The position numbers were made by a program, and so were the translations under genes. A stretch of 63,595 nucleotides of DNA, filler included, from Rhabdomonas costata (lineage: Eukaryota), in the NCBI GenBank assembly GCA_019059605.1. It is 38 parts of 38 records of this genome, joined end to end, with 100 filler letters (N's around TTAATTAATTAA, not from the genome) between each part and the next. Parts side by side here need not be neighbours in the genome. Positions count along the whole stretch, not along the records: positions 1 to 1,577 come from JAHMHO010012709.1; positions 1,678 to 3,254 come from JAHMHO010012710.1; positions 3,355 to 4,931 come from JAHMHO010012711.1; positions 5,032 to 6,602 come from JAHMHO010012712.1; positions 6,703 to 8,279 come from JAHMHO010012713.1; positions 8,380 to 9,957 come from JAHMHO010012714.1; positions 10,058 to 11,634 come from JAHMHO010012715.1; 31 more parts are not named here. One strand, written 5' to 3'. Below the pieces are notes generated by a model that was given only the letters and a program-made list of their open reading frames with translations, had not been told where the DNA came from and ran no database searches. This document shows positions 1 to 11,634 of this stretch, one piece after another; position 1 is the stretch's first letter, and every line of letters starts with the position of its first letter.

Positions 1-127
1 TTGGGGGATGTCAAGGTCCCCTTGCTTTCCGACCATTGGAAGCCTTCATTACACTGGCTACTTCTCCAGCGGTCACACATAGGAGGCTTCCAATGGTCGG
101 AAAGCAAGGGGACCTTGACATCCCCAA
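1..127. repeat. Contig-terminal inverted repeat (~44-bp arms), probable amplification fold-back
   Basis: 1-45 (ttgggggatgtcaagg...ggaagcct) is the reverse complement of 84-127 apart from the terminal G run. Confidence 0.9.
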
Positions 128-465
128 TCTCACCAAAATGCGAATCTATGCAACACCCATATCTTCGAAATAGAAAATCTGTCCGCGTGATTTCCATCAT
201 CAGATTTGGGTGGCAGTTGGCCGGCGAAGCACATGACCTATTATTACCTTGTATACCGGCAAATAATCAATTTAAATTGGGGTTTTGCTGTCACCATGGA
301 GGACTGATAATCAATCATTTTTTGTGGTGTGGTTGCTCATTCTTCTCTCCCGAAATAATGAGCGAAAACGGGACGTCTTCAGTGGTCATCAATCGCCCCT
401 ATCCGTTTTCTTTCTTTTGTTTTGACAGCACGCTCTTCTTCTTTTTCAATTATTTTCCTTTTTAG

Positions 466-748
466 TGGGAATCGCTTCCAGAAGGGCAGCAAGCACCGCA
501 AAGAGAAGCAGCTGCAGAAGGAGAAGCACCGCGCGGCGAAAAAAGAGAAGAGAAGGACCAAAGAGAAGAAGCACAAGAAGCACAAGAAGCATCACAAGAG
601 GCGCAAGGAGGAGAAGGCCAAGGCTAAGGCGAAGCGGAAAGAGAAGGCGGAGGGCCTCCACGACGACAACGTTAGGAGTGGCGAGGAGCTGAAGGGCCAG
701 CCCCCGCCCGGTGTTCGGGAGAATGGTGCCGACCCTTTTGAAGATTGA
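466..748 (+). CDS. Terminal exon of a hypothetical protein with a Lys/His-rich basic C-terminus
   Basis: Pyrimidine tract plus TAG acceptor ending at 465; GC3-rich frame GNRFQKGSKHRKEKQ...KKHKKHKKHHKRRKEE...DPFED*. Confidence 0.7.
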
Positions 749-1327
749 TGGGGAGGGAGAGGAGAGGGAGTGGAGTCTGGCTGTGGGTGTCTGGATGTGA
801 AAGATTTCTCCCAGAGTCATTTCAAGTCAGGCTCGATCGCGTCATTCAGCTCTGCTGAAACGAAAGTTTTAATCAATAGCAATGTAATGTTCAACTGGAG
901 ATGCACGAGCAAGATGCATAACGCCGCATACCGGTTGACGCCTCAGCCACATTACGGCTGACCTGCATCCGACATGACTGCTAACTGCTCTTTGTTCCCA
1001 CAGCGTAAGTGGGGAGAGCAGAGGTTTCGGTTTTCCATTGTCTTTGAGAGTGGGGAAGTGCATCGCTCAAGTTGGGTGGGCAACAGGACTTGCGGCTGCG
1101 GCTGCAAAAGCCAAGGATGTTGCCGAGCGGGCTGTGCTTCTGGGCCTTCCCAAGGGACTGGTCAGGTGCCACCTTCTCCGCCACGTTCTCTTTTTCATCT
1201 CTTGTGTTTTTTCATGTACCACTTTTTTGTACCCTTTGCGAATTGAGATAGAAGGAGAAATCGAATGTCCTCTGTATGCAACCACTTGTCCTCTGTATGC
1301 AACCACTCAAAATACGACCCCACAAAC

Positions 1328-1488
1328 CATCGAGTCGCTGTCTGTCTGTCGCAAAAGTCTGCCGTTGCTGCCTGGCTGCATCCCAACCGCCTCTGCGACG
1401 GTTATCAATTTCTTCACTGCAAGTTCCTCTCTGGCGCTGGCGTGCCACAGGACGGCCCAAGAGAGCTCCTCTTCGGTGGTCCCTTCCT
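1328..1488 (-). CDS. Possible internal exon, hypothetical protein
   Basis: CAG acceptor and GTTTGT donor flank EEGTTEEELSWAVLWHASAREELAVKKLITVAEAVGM... Confidence 0.35.
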
Positions 1489-1577
1489 CTGGTGGCGGGC
1501 GGAAAGGCAGACGGCAAAGCAAAAGGAAACGACCAGAAGACTGCGTAAAACAAAAAGGAAGCATTTATTTAAGGCGG

Positions 1578-1677
1578 NNNNNNNNNNNNNNNNNNNNNNN
1601 NNNNNNNNNNNNNNNNNNNNNTTAATTAATTAANNNNNNNNNNNNNNNNNNNNNNNNNNNNNNNNNNNNNNNNNNNN
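1578..1677. other. Artificial contig spacer N44-TTAATTAATTAA-N44 (first of 37)
   Basis: Identical 100-nt spacer with stops in all six frames starts at 1578, 3255, 4932, 6603, 8280, 9958, 11635, 13312, 14989, 16666, 18347, 20026, 21700, 23377, 25054, 26730, 28407, 30084, 31760, 33436, 35112, 36788, 38464, 40140, 41816, 43492, 45168, 46844, 48519, 50193, 51869, 53545, 55221, 56896, 58571, 60246 and 61921. Synteny across spacers is meaningless. Confidence 0.99.
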
Positions 1678-1972
1678 TGTGTTGTGTGTTATGCCTCTCT
1701 TTTGGCCGCACAGTTGTTTAGTCGTAATCGGGTGCCGCCGGAGTTTCACACTGACTTTCGGCCCTCTGCAGTTCTTCTTTTAGCTTCGCCTCTTCTGAAG
1801 CACCCTGCCAATTTTTTAGATGGGGGTTTTAGTCACAGGTGCCTTAGTTTTTGGAAGGTTCTTCGGCAAGATTCTTTAGGGGTGACTAGTATACAGGGTC
1901 GCAGTCCTACTGCGAAACTAAGTTAGAGTTAGTCGTGATTTTCACCATCACCCCCGAAATCCCCCCCCAAAG

Positions 1973-2239
1973 GAGGCCCTACGGCTGGCGGAGAAGATCC
2001 TGGGCAGCAACGCAGAGCTCCGGGCGGTGCACTCCAAAACCTCTCTGGCGCACGTCCTGGAGGAGCTCACTCGCCTATCCGTCGCTAAGCGGGAGCGCAC
2101 AGAGCCTCAGCGGCTGAAGTCCTCCCTCCAGGAGCTGCAGCCACTGCCAAACCCCAGGCCCAAACTTCCGAGTTCGGCTGGCCGTGGCGGCCGACCATCC
2201 TCTGCCGCGAGCCGGGGCCACCACCCAGCCTCTGAGTGA
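1973..2239 (+). CDS. Terminal exon of a hypothetical protein
   Basis: AAG acceptor, strong GC3 bias, EALRLAEKILGSNAELRAVHSKTSLAHVLEE...HPASE*. Confidence 0.7.
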   Translation, partial: EALRLAEKILGSNAELRAVHSKTSLAHVLEELTRLSVAKRERTEPQRLKSSLQELQPLPNPRPKLPSSAGRGGRPSSAASRGHHPASE

Positions 2240-3662
2240 CATTCATTGGGGTCACACTTCTTGGATTCTGACGGTGTTGCTCCTTCGGGGCAGTAGCGGA
2301 TCATCATGGGTACGCTCTGCTGGCCCGGTCCCGCTGCGAATGCATAATGCTCCAGCACTTGTAAATGAAGTTTTTAATTGTTGTTTGTTCCGGTTTCACT
2401 AAATGTTGCTTTGTTGTATGTTGTTGTTGACGGGCCTCGGAGAGTGGAGGCTGAGATTCTCATGTGAAGCAACTCAACGCAAAGCTTTCCAAGCGCTCGC
2501 GTAGATTCCAGAAATCGGCTAAACCGCCCACCACCGCCGTTTTTGGGGGGCGCAAACAAGGTTCTTGACCTTTTGGCGGGCAAAAATCGGGGCACTTTTA
2601 TGCAAGCTAAACGGCCGATCATCTGGGATCATCCCCCATCCCCCTGGGCGCATGCCCCTTAACCGACGTCACGGTGACGTAAGCGGTGGTTCGTTTTCGT
2701 GCCGGATTGTGGCGCCTGCGTATACTTGAGTTGGACGAGTTTTTTCTTTGGACTCGACGAGGGCACATTCCCTCCACCGGGCAGGTTTTAGCAAGACATG
2801 GCTGTCCGGAAAAGTTCAAATGTTACCCCATCATTCCTGGTCAATGACTCGCCGGACAGTCGTGTAACGCACACCCATACACAAGCTTTGCGTTCGGGCG
2901 CGGGTTCCGAACGGAAAAGCGTTCTCGAGCGGTCCTTCATACCGGCCGCCGTCTCGCCCCCGGCCGTTGAAAAATCCGCCAGACAAAAGGCACCAACGAG
3001 GGACACACCAAAGAATTCCGAAACAATGTCTGAATGAGCCCGAGCTTAGTCTTTTTTCTTCGAAATTGCGCCCAACAGTTTTCGGGGGCGCAATTCAACA
3101 CCCGTTAGGTCACCAATACCACCACCCGGTCAAACCCCAAAACCTGCCCGCACCATGGCTCCCCCTCGCCCGAGCGGGGCCATGCGGATACTTCCGGGGG
3201 CGGAGGGGGCCATGTGGATATTTATGCCACCTGCCTTTTCGGGCGGTGCCTTGCNNNNNNNNNNNNNNNNNNNNNNNNNNNNNNNNNNNNNNNNNNNNTT
3301 AATTAATTAANNNNNNNNNNNNNNNNNNNNNNNNNNNNNNNNNNNNNNNNNNNNGGTGTAGTGTATGCGACGAGGGGGGGGGGTCGCCTGAGTTGGCCCC
3401 ACCTGCCGCCTGAGTTGGCCCCAGTGCTCACAGAAAGGCTCAGACAGTTCAGCCCAGGAATCGAGCTGCAGTTCGCTATCAGGGAGGAAACCTTTGCCGA
3501 GAGAAATCATAAGATGGAGAAGGGCGCAAGGAAACCGTCTCAGCCCCAAGAGACAAAACGTGCGGAAGGTTCCTCATCTTAGCCGCAAGGCTTCAAACGG
3601 CATAAGGACATGAAACTCCTTGGGATTGTGCCATTGGCATGCGCTCGCACAGGAACACGAAC

Positions 3663-4437
3663 CAGGGCGGTCTGCCGGGCGGCGGACACTGCAGCGATCA
3701 GCTGAAACACCACCCAAACGCTCGCGGGACGAACGGAGACCACCGTGCAGGCCACCGGGGCGCCCAAAACCGACGGCCCCACCGCAGCCACCACCCCATC
3801 GCAGAACGACGACGCGTTGAAGGTCTCCACCGTTCCCGCCGCCACCACACTCAGCTCAACGGTCACTTCGAGGGCAGGAGAGAAAGGTAGGCGGGACCGG
3901 ACGGTGGCGAAACATCCAACGACACAGATGGCACCCATACGAACATACATATGTATTTGGTGGTCTGGGGCAGCACCTCATTTCAATTTGATTGCAATCC
4001 TAAAACGCCGAGAAAAAAGCAATCTCGCTAAATCAGCTTCTGTCAAGTTGAAAGATTTTCATTGACAGGCTTTATCGGAGGGAAGGGGTCTGTTTTACGT
4101 ACTCGGTGAGTGGCCTCAACAATCCCCGATGCGCTTCGAGCGGGTGTCATATGCAGCCACCATGGCAACCGAAAGAGAACCGAACAAACTCAAACAAATC
4201 CTGCGAAAAGATGTCCGATATACTGGGTTTTTGGGGTTCGCCATCTGCTCTGAAAAGCCACAAACACCTCAAAATGGGCAGAAAGGGTGCTGCTGCGGTT
4301 GACCTCAAATGGTAAAGATGACCTTGTTCAAACCGGTAGCAGAGAACCAAACACGCAACAAAGCACACCAACAGGCATGCACACGGGGGAGCTCCAGGAG
4401 CCGTTGGTGCAGAGGTAACTCGACGACGGCAGGTAGC
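3663..4437 (-). CDS. Cell-surface protein fragment: sushi/CCP-like Cys motif followed by a SEA-like beta/alpha module
   Basis: Exons 4437-4369 (GYLPSSSYLCTNGSWSSPVCMPV) and 3865-~3663 (VTVELSVVAAGTVETFNASSFC...VVSVRPASVWVVFQL) join in phase 1 across a GT-AG intron; domain names are inference. Confidence 0.6.
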
Positions 4438-5495
4438 CTGCGCAGAAGCCGTTAGAAAACAGAAACAAACGAAAAAAAACCGCACACATGAGATCAGGAC
4501 GCACAGTAAACCCCAATCAAGCGTCCAAGCAGCTTGCAGCTTGAGAACACGTCCAGAACAAGGGATGGCGAAACAGTAAAAAAAAAGGTGTAGTGGAAAT
4601 GCAGCAAGGGAAGGAGCAAATATAGTACCAAAAACAAAGATTCTGAGAAGGGTAATGCATAACTTTCAGATGGTTATTGATGGTACGGAACACATACTGT
4701 CACTCTCTCCCCGTTGGTCACAACAGTGGTAGGGAAGAGGCAAGCGGCTAAAAACGCAGCCTTCTTCTTCGGCCATACCTAACCCTTTTATATTTGCTAC
4801 GTGTAGGTCACGTTCCACTTTCAGTCGCGTGCGGGTGTCCGCCACCCCAGTGCTTGTGATCATCGTGTCAACAACGGACACCGCGGAACAAGTTGAAATG
4901 CCTTTTGCGATGCTGGGGACTCCACAACCACNNNNNNNNNNNNNNNNNNNNNNNNNNNNNNNNNNNNNNNNNNNNTTAATTAATTAANNNNNNNNNNNNN
5001 NNNNNNNNNNNNNNNNNNNNNNNNNNNNNNNTGTGGTTGGTCGTTCTGTGGGAGGTGATACATGCAAGGAGTTTTTTCTTTTCAAGAAAGTGCCCAAGAT
5101 ACTTGTTATTCTAATCCTATCCGCTAATTCGTGCTTTTACTTCTATTCACACCTTCTGGTCCATCTTTCTGGAACCTCCGGAAGAACCAGCAATCTTTTC
5201 AATCAAAAGATTCCGTGCATAGCAAGACCCGGGGTGGGGGGGGGGGGTTATTTAAGTCCACTGTTCTGAGCTGCACAAAGCTACTCCTCTGCGCCAGTTG
5301 CCTCTCTAAATGCTTCAGCTTCCACACAATGCTCTGTTCTTCCCAAGAACAAAACAAGAGGAACCCCAAAAAGACGGACTCGTCAGGTGCACAACCTGCA
5401 TAACCATAAGGCTTGGTTTGGCGAAGACACTGTATAAGGTAAACTTACGGGAAGGAAGGACAGATTCCATAGAGGAAACATACACAGACACACAC

Positions 5496-6348
5496 CCGAG
5501 CACCCCGAGAAGTTGAACGTCCCTCCGTGGGTGTTGCAGCTCACCGCAGGAGCCCCATGGTAGCCCGCCATGCACTGCACCCCCACAGCACAGCCCGCAG
5601 CCTTCTGCAGGGCGACACACCTCCCGGGAATGGCGAGGAAGTACCCATCGGGAAGGCTGGGTGGGATTCTGCAAAGGTTCTCTGGAAGTGCAAAAAAACA
5701 AACAAAGAGGGCTAAGGGAAACGCCGCCCTTTTTCCACGGCCGCTGTGACCACTGGCTGATCTCATTGATGATGTGTATTGGTGTGCGAAGGTGGAAGCA
5801 GAAGCCATCCAAACGAGCAACCAACGGCAACTGGTCCGAACCTGGTCCAAACGTTATACCAGTGAACTGCACAACATTTCTGGGATTTATAGATGACTCA
5901 CGAATCGTGGGCAGGCGATGCACAAGGATTTTTGATGTTCGACGTAAGTACCGAAAATCCAAAATGCTCCCTGAAGAAGATAAAAATATCACGTCTACCA
6001 TGAACCGAAAAATTTATGCTCGCGTCATCTGCCGCCAAAAACCTGAAAGAAAAAAGCGAAAAAAAAACCTGCAGTATTTTCACCACCCCTTTGTCATTCT
6101 CGTCCCAAAAATACTCATTTAGAGCACTTTATTCGGTCGTCAGGTGACAAACGTGCCCACACCGGTGCACCCCCGAAGCTTGAAGGTGCCATTGTGGGCG
6201 GCACAGACCAGGGCTGGGGGCCCGTTGTACCCTGGCGCACAAGACAGCGCGGCGAGGCAGTCTGCTGCGGTAAATGCCGCACCACTGCAGCCGCCACCGC
6301 CGAGTAGGTAGCTCACACCAAGGTCACTTGGAAGCCAGCAGGCATTTG
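5496..6348 (-). CDS. Cys-rich repeat surface protein, two 62-aa repeat exons
   Basis: Exons 6348-6163 and 5681-5496, both 186 nt and phase 1-1, with GT-AG borders; shared motif C..P....(G/S)Y...C...C.....C..GY.G.PA..C....GTF...GC. Confidence 0.85.
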
Positions 6349-6718
6349 CTGAAAAAAGAAAGAGACCCCCACGAAACCCTCACAGCAGGGATTCTTTTGA
6401 TGGCAATTGTTCACCCAACTTCTTTTTCTCTCTCATAATTTTCCCACCGGGTCACAAAAAGGTTTCAATCCATAAAGCACAGGAAAGGAATGCCCGCTTG
6501 AATACAAAGCCTCCGCAACTTTGGCAACAACGCCATTGTTCTCAACAATTGTTGGAAGGTAGTATCTCTCTCATTCTCAAACATGCACACAAATACACAA
6601 ATNNNNNNNNNNNNNNNNNNNNNNNNNNNNNNNNNNNNNNNNNNNNTTAATTAATTAANNNNNNNNNNNNNNNNNNNNNNNNNNNNNNNNNNNNNNNNNN
6701 NNTGTGTGGGGGCTGCAG

Positions 6719-7066
6719 GTGCCGCTGATTGCGAAGATCGAGCACCCGCTGGCGCTGCAGAACCTGGCGCAGATCCTGCGGGAGTCGGACGCGGTGTTGG
6801 TGGCGCGAGGGGACCTTGGGGTGGAGATTCCGTTGCAGTCCGTTCCGCTTGCCCAGGAGGAGATCATCAGCGCGGCGCTGGCGCGTGGCCTGCCCGTGAT
6901 TGTGGCGACGCAGATGCTGGAGAGCATGGTGGGGTGCCCCACACCGACCCGAGCGGAGATCACGGACATTGCCACGGCGATCCGTCAGGGCACATCGTGC
7001 GTGATGCTTTCTGGGGAGACTGCTGCGGGGAAGTACCCGGTGGAGGCCGTGAGCACGATGGCGAAG
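6719..7066 (+). CDS. PK: Pyruvate kinase, barrel-domain exon
   Basis: IAKIE, VARGDLGVEIP, VATQMLESM...PTRAE, VMLSGETAAGKYPVEAV signature motifs; CAG acceptor, GTCTAT donor, phase 0. Confidence 0.97.
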
Positions 7067-7894
7067 GTCTATCGGTGTTTGTGTGGGTTGGCTGTGGATG
7101 GGTTGTTGTCTTGGTGTTTTAGGGTCGGCTGTTTCTTGTGCTTTGTTGTGTCTCTGGGCTACCCCCCGCGAGGCTGCGGCTCTCACTCTTGTTGGTTGTT
7201 TGGAAGCTCCTCTCTCAGAACATAGACTGCCGGTTAGTGTGGAAGGTTCCCAGTCTCTCTCTCTTCTGGCTCCTGGCTCAGTCCTGTGACAAAAACAAAG
7301 GCCCGGAGGGGAGTTGCCACCTCAATGATGGGCTCTCTGCGCGCTCTCCCACCCTTCATCGCCATCCCCCAAATAAAGTCATATGCCCCCGTCGCCTTCC
7401 ACCAAATAAAGTCATTATCATCTGACTATAATTAGTTTGTTCACGACTTTTGTCGCTGCGTTTCACCGCCCACTCCCACTCCCACTACTTCCCGATTCCT
7501 GCCATCAGACTCAATTCTGGTTGTACCCCCGAAAAAAGGTTGCCCAGATAGGCTGCACAAGTTTTGTTGACCCCATAAGGGAAGTGGGAATGGGGGATGG
7601 AGATGCACAATTATGCACAATTACATTGTATTTGCCAATTTCGGATCCCTTTTATTTTGAGATTTGTCACTCTTTTCGTCCATCCTTGCCCCTAATTTTT
7701 TCGCTGAAAAACGCACGAAATACAGGCTATCCAAAAAAGATGATAGCAGCTGAATAGCCCGCTCTCGATGCCGCCCTTCCCACTTCATCGGAGACGTCAT
7801 CTGACGAAAGGAGCACCGAACACATCGAACCCATTGGCAACCACCGAATCCAAAATCACGAGCACGGACAAGGCGTGGTAGAGCACAGGCGGAC

Positions 7895-8116
7895 CTGGGG
7901 GGAATCCGTGACGACGGTAATCAAGGCGGTAGGGTGGTGGGGGGCCACCATGGCCACGGTGGCGGTGCGGTTGGTGGCCACCAGGATGCGCTGCACCCGC
8001 AAGTCCTCCGCGACGGTCACGGTGGCGTGGGCCAGGGCCTGGGTGGCGCCAGCCTTCGTCCGGCTGGGCTTAGGCAGGGTGCCCATCAACGGGTGACTGT
8101 CCACCTGCCGCGCAAC
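7895..8116 (-). CDS. PK: Pyruvate kinase, C-terminal alpha/beta domain exon (inverted relative to the preceding exon)
   Basis: VARQVDS...TQALAHATVTVAEDLRVQRILVATNRTATVAMVAPHHPTALITVVTDSPQ matches the PK C-domain pattern; 222 nt, phase 0-0, CAG/GTCCGC borders. Confidence 0.85.
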
Positions 8117-9039
8117 CTGAGCAGGCAGGCACACACATACGCATGCGTACCCCCACCAAGGATGTAATCAGTTGCACTCGGTTCAGGTGAACTTGCAACG
8201 GTTCGGAATTCTTTCTGAACAGAACAGCCCGATGAGGGATAGGGAGGCAACAAACGGAAACAAGAAGAAACAAGAACCCNNNNNNNNNNNNNNNNNNNNN
8301 NNNNNNNNNNNNNNNNNNNNNNNTTAATTAATTAANNNNNNNNNNNNNNNNNNNNNNNNNNNNNNNNNNNNNNNNNNNNGCAGAAGCAGTGGCAGGACGC
8401 ACGGGTCGTCCACGGGTCAGTTTCTAAAATACATGTGTCGAAAATCCTCACAGGACTTCAATCTATCCTTGGCTTCCCTCTTTCGGGAGTACTGAGCTCT
8501 ACAAAGTGAGCTGAGAGGCCTTCCAGCTGTCGAGCTCAGAGAAGGGAAGGACGGCCTGCGGGGGGTCTCGCTCCCCGGTCTCAGGGGCGGTGGGCACGGG
8601 CTTGCCCTTCCCGACATACCACAAGCTTGCCCTCCGACGACCTACAACCACAGAGAATGCCTCCAAAAAGACAGATCATCTCCGATCACGGATATATTTC
8701 TGCCTCAGCCTCGTGTGAACTGTCAAAAAGCCCGGGGACTCCGACTTAAGCCCCCGAGAGAACATCGCTAAAATATCTGAGCGAGTCGGTGGTCGGGTGT
8801 TTCCATAGGCCCACTGGCCTCTCTTTTATTTTAGCGCTGTTTCTTCTGTCAGGCGGGAGGATTTCTCAACGATATCTGAAAAACCGGTGGAAACCCTCGC
8901 TCGCAGCCTGATTGCCCACCACACAGCTCATTTGGCCCACAGAGGCGCGCCATTTGGATTCCAAATTTTCAACCTCAATCGGCTTCCCCAGCAGAAGACC
9001 CACGCACAAACCCTGGCGAACGCTCGCAAGCACGCCCAC

Positions 9040-9497
9040 CAAGACATCTCGGACGAGTCTATACCAGTAGCTAGAATGCTCTGCTCCAGCAGCTGCAGCA
9101 CAACCTCCTGCTTACATTTCTGGATCAGTCGGAACGCCGAGCTGCCAAACTTCTTGGGCACCGCGAACATGATGTCGGTGTGGTTGTAGTCGCACAGCGG
9201 GGTGCGGGGTACAAGATGACCCACCACGTTGGGAAAGCGGTTGCACCACCGGACCATTGGCAAGGTAAAGACCAGGCACAGCGCCCAGGCAGTGGGCAGG
9301 ACGTGGTGGATGCTGCGCAGCGCTAGCGAGGCTTGGGGCCGGACCCCATAGTCGGCCACCATGGCAAGCACGGTACGGTTCTGGTACGAGAGGTGGCGGA
9401 GCACTAACGGGTCGAATGGGGGAGGGTCCAGGCCGGCACAGAGGAAGGGAAGCAGCCACGGCAGTTGCAGAAGCAAACGTACCAGATACAGCCCCAT
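9040..9497 (-). CDS. First exon of a signal-anchored protein, possibly a nucleotide-diphospho-sugar transferase (GT77-like)
   Basis: Hydrophobic N-terminus MGLYLVRLLLQLPWLLPFLC; FGSSAFRLIQKCKQEVVLQLLEQSIL resembles the helix preceding the DxD motif, but DxD itself is not seen; exon end uncertain. Confidence 0.45.
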
Positions 9498-10399
9498 TTC
9501 TCGACAGTCCCAAATCAGGCGCAGGGCAACAGAGGACAGAAAAATACAAACACCACAATTGCTCCACAGTCAAAAAGATGCATGGCAACTGCAGGATGCA
9601 TACCAACAGTCACAAAAGCAAGCCCTATCTTTAGCAAACAATTGGGTGCAATGGAAATTGGGGTGGGGGGGAAATGTTCACCATGGGAGCATATTTAAAA
9701 AGTTGTTCAAGGGACCCTAGGTCACATCCCCGCCCCAGCCGCCCGCTCCGGCCATGGCGCGGACTGGCCTTCGCCCTCGTCCGCCTAGTTTTCAGCTGCT
9801 AGGCAAAAACAATCACCCAGGGGGCACTAGCAAAGCTTACTTAACCCCCTTACACAAAAATACTGTCATTTCGAGAGTGCTGGCATACTTTACGTCACTG
9901 CTTTTAGTTAAAACCAAAACCAAAACCACTTTTCTGTTACCACTGGAAACCGTTACCNNNNNNNNNNNNNNNNNNNNNNNNNNNNNNNNNNNNNNNNNNN
10001 NTTAATTAATTAANNNNNNNNNNNNNNNNNNNNNNNNNNNNNNNNNNNNNNNNNNNNGGGTTGTGGGCAGGAGATGGTTGTACTCACCTACCTTTTTGGT
10101 AGGGTGTATTTGAAGGTCACTCCCCCATTTTAGACCCCTGCTTTAGTTGAACTGAATCCCGAATTCTAGTTGCAGCTCCGTTTGGTTTCCCTCTCTTGGG
10201 AGCAGTTTGACACTTGTCAGGAGCTGGGCTTGCGTATCCAACTATCGGAAGGTGGGGCATGACGTAAGGAAGAGGGCCATCATGGTCACTCCGTCCTTGG
10301 CGAAGCTGCGCAGAAGATGTTACCTTTGGGTTCAGTCTCAGCATCTATGGCATTTTGACCGAGGCTGGTATCTCTATTTCCCACATACAGTCACGTAGG

Positions 10400-11634
10400 C
10401 ATGCAGTCACGCAGTGGCGCGTGCCGTAGTAGTTGATGATGGTGGTAGGTGGGCCCCTCAGTCACCCTAGCCCCAGAATCCGTGATGTATGCGTAGGAGG
10501 GGCCCACATCCCCACGTCCTGTCCAGGGGTCGCATCAGCCATCTTACACCCCCCAGGCATCCCCTCCATCTTCCCTACGCTTACATGCTGACACCCACCA
10601 ACATTGGCCATCAGCATGGGAATTCGGAGGTTGCCTTGGGTGTGGATGTCACCTCTTACTCTTACCCTGGGTCTAGCGGTGGAGTAGCGGCTGTGTCATA
10701 CCGTACGCCTCACCTTCCCTCTGGGTGGGTTGACATCCAGCACGCTGACACCCATACTGCATGGTTCCTCTGGTGCGGTGATGCTGTGAGTGAGAGTGAC
10801 TGTGGCATCCATACCTGGCATGTCGGTCTTGGCGACCTCCACTTCGGCACTTCCACCATAAGCATCACACCGGTAGGCATCATCGCTACCAGGATCAACC
10901 ACGCCATGACCACCAGATGGCATAACATCATTGACACCTTCAGCATACCAACATCAACCCTATGCGTGGGATTACAGGGTGTGTTACGCCCATTCCACTA
11001 CAGGGGTTAGATGCTGATACCACTGTCGGTACCAACACTGCCACGACCACCGTAGAATAGGAATAGTGCCTCGGGTGTAGGGATCAGCGTTGCACTGTCA
11101 CTACCCTTACGCTCTACTCCTACCCTTCAACACACATGCGATACAACTACTACCATGGCAGCATACCATAGGTTGGTCATACCCACACGTACATTGTGGT
11201 GTAGTGTCTCTGGTCGTAAAGGGCCATGTGACGTGTGCCAACCTGTGTGGATTACGTCAATGGCTCGCCCTCAACCACTTGGTTCAACGTCAGCACCTAC
11301 GCTTGAGCAACCTGTGCCGTTCACGTATAGAATTCGTATCGCCATCTCCCAGTGGCCTTCTACTTGCTTACTGTATCGTTGCCTCTCGTGCGTGGGGGCG
11401 TCTGGATTCCAGCCTGCCAGTTCCATTCGCCTACAAGGGTCGTAGTTCAACACAGTAGGAATCACGGCTCTCACATGTGGGTCTCACATGCTGCCAGTGT
11501 AGCGGTGGGTTCACGTGTCCGTAGAGAGGTGGGTTCACAACTTCGTCTCAGCAAGATATGGCAGTCTCAGCTTCCAGGGTCTTTCCGGCCTTCCCCGCTT
11601 GGAGATCCCGAGGGACTTCCTTTAACACCCACAC
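10400..11634. mobile_element. Degenerate repetitive element related to 16766-18346
   Basis: Broken ORFs, no splice signals; shares GCCAACCTGTG (11237) and ATCCCGAGGGAC (11605) in the same order as 17695 and 17971. Confidence 0.3.
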
